A DNA stretch of 64,000 nt, from the IMG/VR virus record IMGVR_UViG_3300037337_000032, positions 1 to 64,000 of that record; one strand, given 5' to 3'. Of the stretch, positions 27,820 through 36,761 are shown one piece after another; the first letter of the stretch is position 1; the number at the start of each line of letters is the position of its first letter. A program made the translations under genes and the position numbers. The notes beneath the pieces were generated by a model, which saw only the letters and a list, made by a program, of their open reading frames with translations, was not told the origin of the DNA and did no database searches. This DNA comes from a virus.

Positions 27820-29161
27820 TATAATTAAATCTAGCCTGCACTTCTGTTTTTGTTAAGCCTATACCAGCAACCTGTACAACATCCCCTGTACTGTTAAACC
27901 TACGTGGAAACAACTGTGCAGCATACAGGTCTACCACATATATTGCGGGTATAGGTGTAGCATGGTAGCCCCTAGCCTCATAGTATGTTTGCTGTTTCTT
28001 TGGTTTATGTATGTCCATCATATGCGCTATAGCCTGATCAAGAACAGGGTGTACTGCAGCAAAAAAACGAACATGGGAATTGGCTGCACCTCGTGCGTTC
28101 CAATCTAGCAACGTCCACTTATTGTCGTACCACACAAACTGTACACTATGTAGTCCGTTTCTTAGCCCATACTTAGTACACACACCTTGCAGTAGAGTAG
28201 CTAGTTCAGATATATCGCCTGTGTATGGTGTAACACGTCCGAACTGGTTGACAGATGGCAACCTGTGCTCGTCAACAGACCATATAAGAGCCTCACTTTC
28301 ACAATTAACTGCAATGTGAATATGGAGGCTCTTTATAGGGTAGCTTAAAGCTGGCTGGATAACATACTCACCATACAGCGGGTTAGGCTTTGCTTGTTCC
28401 TCCCAGAAAGATGAGTGCATGGAATCAACAAAAGCCGAAGGGGACTCCCAAGTACTATAAGCAATTCCGTTATCTTCCTTAGAATACGTTCGTCTACGCT
28501 TAACGAATATAGGTGTGTTTGGCAACCCTAATACGTCTTCCTTTTTTAGTGGAATAGTTACGGGCAGTGAGTCAAACCCTAGGGACTTCATATCTATTCT
28601 ATCTGTTAGACTTAGTAAGACACCTGCAGTAAACGGTACGCTAACACCTGTGCTAGGGTAGGCAAGCATTTCGTACACATCTGTGTCTGATAAGAGTAAA
28701 ACGTAACCAGCCAAGCTAATATCTGTAGTTATGTCAATACCGAGGTTATGCTGCAACCCATCTAGCGTATTTTTATTTAGTAATTGCATTGTATTTTGAG
28801 GTACATACAGCGTTTTTCGATTTGTATCGCTGGCAACGTAGGCACTGGGGGAATCAAATAGTGTTGATTTGATGTACGGCACCCAAAGACAGGTTGCTTC
28901 ATCTAAGTACAGCCTTGGGTTTTTATTTGGCAAATAGAAAGCATCCCGTTCTGCATCATAAATATAACCTACCCTCGCAAAGTTTTTACGTATAGCTGAA
29001 CCACCATCTGGTTTTCCGTCTGCACTATAATGCACTCCACCTCGGGTATCAATTGAGGTCTGAACCCAAGTATCGGTCTTTGGCATTTCGTCGATGAACA
29101 ACTGTTCAGCCAGAATTACTTCGGTTACAGACCCCAATTCTACTTTTGCGTAATATGGCAT
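27803..29161 (-). CDS. Fusion of tail-fibre-associated N-domain and ATP-grasp-like domain
   Basis: N-term WVQTS..TRGGVHY...RKNFA..GY.YD..RDAF; C-term PIFVK, YVIQP, VQF...W.LLDWNAR. Confidence 0.55.
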   Translation of the reverse strand: MPYYAKVELGSVTEVILAEQLFIDEMPKTDTWVQTSIDTRGGVHYSADGKPDGGSAIRKNFARVGYIYDAERDAFYLPNKNPRLYLDEATCLWVPYIKSTLFDSPSAYVASDTNRKTLYVPQNTMQLLNKNTLDGLQHNLGIDITTDISLAGYVLLLSDTDVYEMLAYPSTGVSVPFTAGVLLSLTDRIDMKSLGFDSLPVTIPLKKEDVLGLPNTPIFVKRRRTYSKEDNGIAYSTWESPSAFVDSMHSSFWEEQAKPNPLYGEYVIQPALSYPIKSLHIHIAVNCESEALIWSVDEHRLPSVNQFGRVTPYTGDISELATLLQGVCTKYGLRNGLHSVQFVWYDNKWTLLDWNARGAANSHVRFFAAVHPVLDQAIAHMMDIHKPKKQQTYYEARGYHATPIPAIYVVDLYAAQLFPRRFNSTGDVVQVAGIGLTKTEVQARFNYIENGG

Positions 29162-29185
29162 ATTTCTCCTTAAACTGTAAAAAAA

Positions 29186-29512
29186 TTAAGCCACAACTGC
29201 AAATATATCTTTTAGTGCAACTGTAATAACTCTGGGAGTTATAATTGCAACTGGCTTTTGTAGATTTGTAATTGTAAATAAACCGTCGAAAGTGAAACCA
29301 ATACTTGTACTTCCAAGCTCTTCTTTTAGCTCAAATACCCCTGTAATATCGTCTAAAGCCCAAACCATGCACGGTGTAGTTTCTTGTGGTATTTGAATTG
29401 TATTGTATGGAGGTAACCATGTTTCTGTATTTCCATCCCATATACAAATATTTTCAACTACTCCATCTTTAATTATTAAATAAGATTGCTCTGTCATATT
29501 TACCACCTTCAA
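29186..29512 (-). CDS. Tail fibre assembly-like protein
   Basis: Y.II.DG.V.N...WDG...W.PP, IG.T.DG pattern downstream of a glycine-rich fibre gene. Confidence 0.55.
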   Translation of the reverse strand: MKVVNMTEQSYLIIKDGVVENICIWDGNTETWLPPYNTIQIPQETTPCMVWALDDITGVFELKEELGSTSIGFTFDGLFTITNLQKPVAIITPRVITVALKDIFAVVA

Positions 29513-30153
29513 AATTGGAAAACTACAATACCTTGCCTGCCAGCGCCGCCGCCGCCTGCGGCACCGCCAGCCTCCGGCTGGCCTTGTTTATTAAATCCGC
29601 CTGCTGAACCTCCTCCGCCCCCACCTCCTCCAGACCCATAACCACCCGCACCACCCGTGCCTCCGCTGCTTGCGGCAGATGTCCCAGCGCTAGCGCCCCC
29701 GCCAAAAGCAGCGTAGCCATGACCCCCGCCATAGAAACCGAAACAGCCTGCAGTATTTATCGATCCCCCGGAAGCGCCTCCAGATGCTGCGCTCGCAGTT
29801 GTAATACTCTGTGTCCCCGATGTTATTGTAGACGTACCACCTACCCCACCTACTGTTACGCTAATGGTTCGTCCTGCGGTTAATCCTGTAAGGAAACTAA
29901 CAGCTACTGCGCTACCGTTACCACCTTTACCAGGTAGCCCCATACTATTTCCATAACCGAGGCTGCCGGTAGCACCATTAATGCCTCCACCGACAACGGT
30001 TGCAGTAACGCGTGTCACACCTGCAGGTATTGTAAACGTACCGCTGGAAGTAAACGCTTGCCCACCACCTCCGGCGCTACTGGCTACAGCAGCTGTACTT
30101 TGCGTAGTTGCGTCATTAAATGTAATGCTTGTATTACCTACAGTAATTCCCAT
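29509..30153 (-). CDS. Glycine-rich short tail fibre/tip protein
   Basis: ITFNDATTQ.TA, FTSSGTFTIPAGVT.V...VVGGG, Gly-rich tract ending G.VV. Confidence 0.75.
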   Translation of the reverse strand: MGITVGNTSITFNDATTQSTAAVASSAGGGGQAFTSSGTFTIPAGVTRVTATVVGGGINGATGSLGYGNSMGLPGKGGNGSAVAVSFLTGLTAGRTISVTVGGVGGTSTITSGTQSITTASAASGGASGGSINTAGCFGFYGGGHGYAAFGGGASAGTSAASSGGTGGAGGYGSGGGGGGGGSAGGFNKQGQPEAGGAAGGGGAGRQGIVVFQF

Positions 30154-30163
30154 ATTTTTCTCC

Positions 30164-30934
30164 TTATGCGACAGTAAAGCCAGTTGTTTGGTTCATTATA
30201 AATTTAGTAACGCCTGCGTACTTAAACAGCAACTCAGCGCCTGCTTCTTCTACAGTCCAGTTGGATGTTAATACTCTGGTTGCGTTAGTAGCATTGGTTG
30301 CATTGGTTGCATTGGTTGCGTTAGTAGCATTGGTTGCATTGGTTGCAGTAGCTGCATTACCTGAGATACTAATGCCCCAAGTTCCGGTAGCATTAAGGCC
30401 CGTAGTACTAGGTGCTCCTATTGTATTATAACTAATAGTAGCACTAGAGCCACCGTTAAATGCACTACCACTTGCTGCACCTGCTCCTGTATTATTAAAG
30501 GTAGCGCTATTATTTAAGTTTAAGCTGATAGCTGCGCTGCCGTTAAAAGCTACACCGTTGATGTTTCTAGCGGTTGCTAGTACACTAGCAGTAGCTGCGT
30601 TACCAGATATATTACCTGTAATCTTAGCACCAGCCAGTGAAGTAATCCAATCAGGGTTTGCGTAAGAACCTGTAGTAACTACACCATTTGTAACTGTACC
30701 TGCATTACCACTTACACTAATAGCATAAGTTGCTGCGAGGTCGTTCCAAGCACTGCCATTATATTTCTGCCATTTACTTACTGCAGAACTCCATCGAATA
30801 GAGTTAGTAGGTACGTTTGTTGCTGAAGTGACAGCAGGGTCAAGCCCTACTGCCAAATCATCAAAGCGTAAATCTAATTCTGTTACGAAATTAGTGTAAG
30901 TACTAGTAAGTACTGGCTTTGAATGATCTGCCAT
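30164..30934 (-). CDS. Tail fibre protein with (NAT)n repeat
   Basis: ISGNAATA, LATARNINGVAFNGS, tandem NAT repeats. Confidence 0.7.
   Translation of the reverse strand: MADHSKPVLTSTYTNFVTELDLRFDDLAVGLDPAVTSATNVPTNSIRWSSAVSKWQKYNGSAWNDLAATYAISVSGNAGTVTNGVVTTGSYANPDWITSLAGAKITGNISGNAATASVLATARNINGVAFNGSAAISLNLNNSATFNNTGAGAASGSAFNGGSSATISYNTIGAPSTTGLNATGTWGISISGNAATATNATNATNATNATNATNATNATRVLTSNWTVEEAGAELLFKYAGVTKFIMNQTTGFTVA
30277..30350 (-). repeat. 9-bp coding tandem repeat (Asn-Ala-Thr)
   Basis: (gcattggtt/gcgttagta)n on plus strand. Confidence 0.85.
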
Positions 30935-30936
30935 AT

Positions 30937-33900
30937 TTAATATCCTTTTATAGCCCAAGATGCAGAACCTGATACTCTAGCACCTGTATTATCGAATAGG
31001 TAAAGTTTGAATGATTGCGGATACAATGTACCAGCACCACTTGTATTTGCAGTTGTCATATTTACAACAAAAGTGTTTGATGTAGAAGACAATACTGTAT
31101 AAACAGCAGTAATACCAGTACCACTAGAAAAATACAACTTAACTTTTTGACCTGCAATTAGCTCATGAGCAGTACTTGTTACAGTACAACTATTTGAGAC
31201 AACAGAATAAGTAGTATTTAATATACTATCCTGAAAATCATAAACAGTAGTAATAGGGGTAGTTCCTGATGGTGATAATGTAATGCTCTGTACGTCGATA
31301 AACTCTTTATTAAAGTTAACAATAGTTCCTAGAGTATCTCCAGCTACGCCAGCTACACTTCCTGCATCGTTCTTTAGTTTAGAGTCCGCTCTAACAGAAA
31401 GCTCTGCAATTTCATATAGATCTTTATCTGTCGGTGCAGTTACAGTCAACCTTACCTTAACGTATCTGAAGTTTGTTCCATATACATCGGTAACTCCATT
31501 ATACTCTACGAAGGTAGAGTTGTCAAGAGATAAACTTATTTTAGGTATTACTGTAGGGTTGCCTGCAATAATAGCCCCACGAGAGTTTAATACTACCCTG
31601 CTAGAAGATAAAACTACGCCAAAGTCAAAAGTCTCTTCATAGAATGCACTTCCATTTGTAGGTTGTACATAGATAGGGTAGCCTGCATTGACTTGTGCTT
31701 GTGGGCTTGCCCAGCTTCTTGTAGTAAAGTGCTGTTCAAAAGTCTCTGTAGTATTTACTGGTAGAGCTAAAACATTACCATCAAAAGAAGCAGAAGACTT
31801 AGTACCAGTGAAACTACTAAAGTATTCTCCATTGAAAGTAAAATCAGGTGGTTCATTTACTAGTGTAGTAATAGCAACTGGTGCGCTTTCAATAGCATCA
31901 GTATCTACAGCAGCTAACCAGTAGGTATACTCTGCTCCTACAATCTCTGTAATAGTAGTGAAAGCTCCCTTTTTATCTCCAATAACTGTAGCAGTTTCCC
32001 ACACTGCACCTCTCTTAATTAACACATGGTCAATCGGAAGAGAAGTCCTTTGGGGTAAAGTCCAGAAAAGCATAACTGTATTATCAATTACTTGTGCTCT
32101 TGCATCAGACACAGGATCTGGCGCTGCCTTAGTAACTAACTGAGAAAAACCTGAAGATTTATTCCCATGAATATCTACTGTTTTAATAGTAAATAATCTT
32201 CCACCAACCCAATCCGCTGCAATGGTAATAGTATTACCTTTTACAGTTTTTACACTACCGTTGTAAGTTAACTCATAGTAGGATATATCAAACTCAGAGG
32301 CTGTTACATCGTTCCAATTTAGATTAACTGTAGCACTTGTTAGAGCAGTATCTTCATAGTCAAATGAAAATGATTCGATATTTGAAGGTGTAGGAAGAGA
32401 GTAAGAAACACTTGTAGGATTTAAGCTATAGTTTCCAGCTGAATCAACTGCTTTAACATAGAGTGTAAAGGCAGTATTATACTGTATAAATGCACGGTTA
32501 GCATCTCCATAGAAAAGCCTACTTATATCGTTAGAACCCCAACCACTATCTGAATCTCTGACTTCATATGTATATACATCTAGTTCTGGATTATTATCCC
32601 ATGTTAGAAGTAACTGACCACTTGACTTATCCGAGAATACTTTGAAATTTGTTACATCTGAAGGTGGGTTAGTCTTTCCTACTACTGTATGATTAGAGTA
32701 AGAACTCCAGTTCCCAACAATACCATTACGACCCACATATCGCATTCTAATCTTATAAGTACTGCCCTCTTGAACGTCACCAATAGATGCAGAACCTTTT
32801 TGATACGGAACAAAGATAGATCTAAAGTTTAAGCCTGCAGTAGCTGCTAATAGGTCATATTGTACTTCTACAGATTCTACTACGGCAGGAAGCTGTGATG
32901 CGTTTACATATGCAGCTGCAATTCTATACTGAAATACACCCTTAGATATTCTCTCCATTACTGATTCATCACTTACAAATCCAGTGATCTGTGGAACCTT
33001 ATTACCAAAATTCTCAACTTGTAATCTAGGCGGCAACGTTATCTGAGATTCAAATACAACAGCTGCAGTTAGGTTTAAATACTGAGTGTATATATTATAT
33101 TCAGATGTTACGCCATAATCTACTAAAGTAAGTCTAGCTGAGTTATTTGCAGAAGGTTCGATACCTATTACAATACAGTCTTGAGCCTCTTGTTGTAATT
33201 CTCCAAATAAGAATAGATCCAGTACATCAGCTTCTGTTGTAGTCACTGCAGTAGTTAAATCAACTTCATTATAGTAACCATCTATAGTTTTAGCTACAAG
33301 AGTTCTTACTGTAGAAGCACCTAGTTTACTTCTAAATCGTAGGGTATAATTAACACCCGCTTGCATTGGAAGATCTTCGTCTAGCAGTAGCTTAGTACTT
33401 GATAACCTAGTTTTAATTCTACCGGAACCTAAACCCCACATTGGGACATCGTGCATTACTTTCACACGGTCACCTCTATTACATACTAAGTATTCTATGT
33501 CAGAATTAAGAGTATAAACTTCTGGTCTGAGTTTAATCTGTGCCATATGCCAACGAGCATGATCGACAACTAGGCTGCGTTTAGTTACACCTGGAAGAGT
33601 AATGCTTTCAAATAATGTAGCATTTGTAGCTGTCTTACCTATATCATAAACAATAGTTTCTGATTCTTGGTAATCTCTATCTTCATCGTAGAATGTTACA
33701 CGTAAACCTTCTGGACGTTTAGGCAATACTTTTGTAGCTTCAAAACCCCAAGAGTTATGTGGTGTAAAATGCTGAATTACATTTGGTTTAACTTCGTCTA
33801 TAACTACTGTCCATTTACCATCAACAAGTGCAGGACTAGCTCTACCAGCAGCACAAATATCTCTGATAACTTCTAGTATACTTCTAGCTTCTCCTAATAT

Positions 33901-35856
33901 ACCGTTGTACTCAAAACCCATGCTTTGGCAGTAATTGTAGAAGTATTGCAACTGCGCTAGATTGATTTGAGTATTTGCGTTAGTAACCTTACGTGGGTTA
34001 GCTGGATGCTCTAGTACGTAGCGCATCAAAGCTGCTGGGTTATTTGTATTACCATCTACCCATGCAGTTCCATTCCAATCTTTACACCAAGTTTGGACTA
34101 CTGCACTAATACCTTGAATGCTTCCATTTAGTTGCTCAGTAGCCTTAATTTTGAAAGCTGTCTTTGCAATCTTAGTTCCAACAGGATCAACTGCAGGCGT
34201 AGTATTACGTAAGAATGTTACATCTTGTAGAACGGAAACAAAGTAGTAACGAATATCTGGATTGTCTTCTACGTTATCCCCAGTCTCTCTTCGTGCTCTA
34301 ACTAGCATCTGTGGATTATTTAAACCTGAGTATGTACGTGTAGTAGTAAATGCATCTTTCTTAGCCGTATCTCCACCTATAGTTAATAACTCAAGTAAAG
34401 TAAAAGTAGTACCTGAATCATTCGAAGACTCTAGTCTAATATTCACTGAAGTAGCTGCAGAGTTACCTGCATTATCTCCTTTAGTGAATATCTTACGTAA
34501 ACCCTGTGGAAAATGCAAAGCTACCGTAACTGAAGTGACAGGCACAATCTCTTCATTTGTGTTAAACTCTGTTCCAGTAGCGGCCTCGAACCAAGGACCA
34601 GGAGCTACTGTTGCTTCTGGGTTGCCATCACATACTAATTCAATCTGTGTATTAATCTGTGTTATGTCGTTTCCATAGATAGAATCAAAGTCCCTCTTAG
34701 TAGTTGCAGAAGGTTCAGTTTTTCTATCAAGTGTAATGTAATTGTAATCTGTAAAGTTAGTTAAAGGTATTTCACCTATTCTTAAAGTAGCAGCATCGAT
34801 AGTTAAAGGGCCATAGCCCCAGACTAATAGCATAGATAAATAACTATCGCGTTCATTTTCGTATGTCAAGAAGTTTACGGAACCTAGTGGAGGTGTTACA
34901 CGTACTTTTCCTAAAACAACAGGGATTGCAGCATAAGGTGTAAGAGGATTAGAACCTCCATTAACCATTAATTGCTTTTCTGCAGAACCAGGGTCATTCC
35001 TATTTTGAACTACAGGTGGCCTGATTGGTGCAATAGCATTTACTAGTGCAGAACCAATCATCATAATACCTGCAGTTACTGCGATATTTAATGCAGTTAA
35101 ACCTAAAGTTACACTCCCACCCATAACACCTGCAGCTGCTGCTGCAGATGTATAACCAGTAAGAGAACCTGCAAGCATTGGAGCATAGAAAGAAATAGCT
35201 AAAACAGCTATTAATCTTACTGCATCTCCTGTAGGAACTGCTCGGTATTCGATTACGTCGTTCTTATTGATAACAGTAGTATGCCAATCCTCTTGTGCAA
35301 TAACTCTACCATTGATCATTACACTGATTCTGCTTTTAAGCTCTGCAGCTACATTATACTGCAAGCTAATATTCTGTATAAGCTCTGTTACAGTAGTACC
35401 TGGAATAACTGCTACTGTGTAGCGTTCAGTTTTTAATGGATGCGGGACTGTGTTTAGAATAGCATTTTTATTCTCAGAATACCTGAAGAAACCTACCGTG
35501 CGTTTATTCCACTTAGTTGAACTTAGTGATTCAATAGCAGTATCTTGCTTTTCTCTTACATGGATAAAGTGCGTAGGGCTAATAACTAAACCTACGTGAG
35601 ACTCTATACCTAGAATTCTAAATAGAACAATATCGCCTACTTGAGGTTCCTCTGCAGGTTCCCATCCTTCTTTATATTGTGCAATTAGCTCTTCGATTCT
35701 TTTGTTATCCTGCACAGCGTAATCTGCAGTAAAACTTGGTAGACTGATGTTCTTTTCTTCTTTGTAGATCAGACGGACTAAACCATAGCAGTCTAACCCT
35801 GAAATATCCCTACCTTTTTCAGCGTAAGGAATACCTACATATTTATCAAAATTCAT
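30937..35856 (-). CDS. Tail tip/central fibre protein: NlpC/P60 (lambda K-like) fused to I-like and J-like/FN3 domains
   Basis: GLDCYGLV...H.G...FIH N-terminus; IPVVLG, NNPA, FN3 repeats; 1639 aa. Confidence 0.85.
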   Translation of the reverse strand: MNFDKYVGIPYAEKGRDISGLDCYGLVRLIYKEEKNISLPSFTADYAVQDNKRIEELIAQYKEGWEPAEEPQVGDIVLFRILGIESHVGLVISPTHFIHVREKQDTAIESLSSTKWNKRTVGFFRYSENKNAILNTVPHPLKTERYTVAVIPGTTVTELIQNISLQYNVAAELKSRISVMINGRVIAQEDWHTTVINKNDVIEYRAVPTGDAVRLIAVLAISFYAPMLAGSLTGYTSAAAAAGVMGGSVTLGLTALNIAVTAGIMMIGSALVNAIAPIRPPVVQNRNDPGSAEKQLMVNGGSNPLTPYAAIPVVLGKVRVTPPLGSVNFLTYENERDSYLSMLLVWGYGPLTIDAATLRIGEIPLTNFTDYNYITLDRKTEPSATTKRDFDSIYGNDITQINTQIELVCDGNPEATVAPGPWFEAATGTEFNTNEEIVPVTSVTVALHFPQGLRKIFTKGDNAGNSAATSVNIRLESSNDSGTTFTLLELLTIGGDTAKKDAFTTTRTYSGLNNPQMLVRARRETGDNVEDNPDIRYYFVSVLQDVTFLRNTTPAVDPVGTKIAKTAFKIKATEQLNGSIQGISAVVQTWCKDWNGTAWVDGNTNNPAALMRYVLEHPANPRKVTNANTQINLAQLQYFYNYCQSMGFEYNGILGEARSILEVIRDICAAGRASPALVDGKWTVVIDEVKPNVIQHFTPHNSWGFEATKVLPKRPEGLRVTFYDEDRDYQESETIVYDIGKTATNATLFESITLPGVTKRSLVVDHARWHMAQIKLRPEVYTLNSDIEYLVCNRGDRVKVMHDVPMWGLGSGRIKTRLSSTKLLLDEDLPMQAGVNYTLRFRSKLGASTVRTLVAKTIDGYYNEVDLTTAVTTTEADVLDLFLFGELQQEAQDCIVIGIEPSANNSARLTLVDYGVTSEYNIYTQYLNLTAAVVFESQITLPPRLQVENFGNKVPQITGFVSDESVMERISKGVFQYRIAAAYVNASQLPAVVESVEVQYDLLAATAGLNFRSIFVPYQKGSASIGDVQEGSTYKIRMRYVGRNGIVGNWSSYSNHTVVGKTNPPSDVTNFKVFSDKSSGQLLLTWDNNPELDVYTYEVRDSDSGWGSNDISRLFYGDANRAFIQYNTAFTLYVKAVDSAGNYSLNPTSVSYSLPTPSNIESFSFDYEDTALTSATVNLNWNDVTASEFDISYYELTYNGSVKTVKGNTITIAADWVGGRLFTIKTVDIHGNKSSGFSQLVTKAAPDPVSDARAQVIDNTVMLFWTLPQRTSLPIDHVLIKRGAVWETATVIGDKKGAFTTITEIVGAEYTYWLAAVDTDAIESAPVAITTLVNEPPDFTFNGEYFSSFTGTKSSASFDGNVLALPVNTTETFEQHFTTRSWASPQAQVNAGYPIYVQPTNGSAFYEETFDFGVVLSSSRVVLNSRGAIIAGNPTVIPKISLSLDNSTFVEYNGVTDVYGTNFRYVKVRLTVTAPTDKDLYEIAELSVRADSKLKNDAGSVAGVAGDTLGTIVNFNKEFIDVQSITLSPSGTTPITTVYDFQDSILNTTYSVVSNSCTVTSTAHELIAGQKVKLYFSSGTGITAVYTVLSSTSNTFVVNMTTANTSGAGTLYPQSFKLYLFDNTGARVSGSASWAIKGY

Positions 35857-35875
35857 TTATATTCCTCTTGTTGGT

Positions 35876-36397
35876 TTAGAACATACCACTGAAATATCTT
35901 GGCGTAAAAGAATGCACCGGAAACGGCTCGCGTTCATAATCAATCATAGATAACTCAGCTGTAACAGTATCTGCATTATAAGTAAAACCAGTAATATAGA
36001 AGTCTGAGAAAGATACTTCGACTACATCGGGAGATTTACTGAGTACCAGTTCTAATTTAATTCTAGGTGGTGCTGTTAAAGTTCTAATAATAGGCGTAAG
36101 AAATCTAGTAACATCGTACATTACAATAGAACATCTGGGAGCTTGTGCTTCATCTTCAGATGGCAGGGAAATCTGCATAGGCAGGAAAGTAAAGTCCTGT
36201 GAATTACTAGTAACACCATATGTAACTTCCGCTGCATTCTCAGATAATCGCTTAGTATATCCGTCTGCTAATCTATATACAACTTGATCTTCATTAAAAG
36301 GATCATAGATAGTAAGTAGTATAAGTAAGTCATCATCTGCATCAGGAGAGAAAACTGCTCTTAACGCAGCAGGTGATAGTGAAGTTAATCTACTCAA
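35876..36397 (-). CDS. Minor tail protein (DUF1833-like)
   Basis: F..LPM.ISLP, P.VVE, FTP..F.G.F; position after distal tail gene. Confidence 0.7.
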   Translation of the reverse strand: MSRLTSLSPAALRAVFSPDADDDLLILLTIYDPFNEDQVVYRLADGYTKRLSENAAEVTYGVTSNSQDFTFLPMQISLPSEDEAQAPRCSIVMYDVTRFLTPIIRTLTAPPRIKLELVLSKSPDVVEVSFSDFYITGFTYNADTVTAELSMIDYEREPFPVHSFTPRYFSGMF

Positions 36398-36756
36398 GGT
36401 AACACCTCAAATTGTAAAGAGACTTGCCAATACTCTGGTAGAAGATAAGCTAAGGAAAACAGTTGTCCGTCCCCTTGAGGTACTATTCTGACTTCGACTA
36501 CTGCTAGTGTTCTAGGATGTGTAAAGTCGAACCTAGCCGTAGCCATTAGTGTATCCTGAGTAAATACTCTGAGAGTCTCACACTGCGCCGTAGACATGTC
36601 AAACTGAACGCTAAGGGTATCTGGACGTTTACCTCTTCTGCGCATCTTTGCAGGCCCAGAATCAGTTTGAGTTCTGAGAATTATTGCACCAGAAGTCTCT
36701 GAGTAACTAGACAAAGGTCTTTGTGGTAAAGATCCAGGCCATACATAAGCTGCCAT
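36394..36756 (-). CDS. Distal tail protein
   Basis: WP..LP, RT.TDSGPAK.RRR, F.F.HP; directly after TMP. Confidence 0.75.
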   Translation of the reverse strand: MAAYVWPGSLPQRPLSSYSETSGAIILRTQTDSGPAKMRRRGKRPDTLSVQFDMSTAQCETLRVFTQDTLMATARFDFTHPRTLAVVEVRIVPQGDGQLFSLAYLLPEYWQVSLQFEVLP

Positions 36757-36761
36757 ATATA

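Noticed and set aside
30164-30934. Diversity-generating retroelement target in tail fibre
   Set aside because: No RT gene and no TR/VR pair; NAT repeats are simple coding repeats
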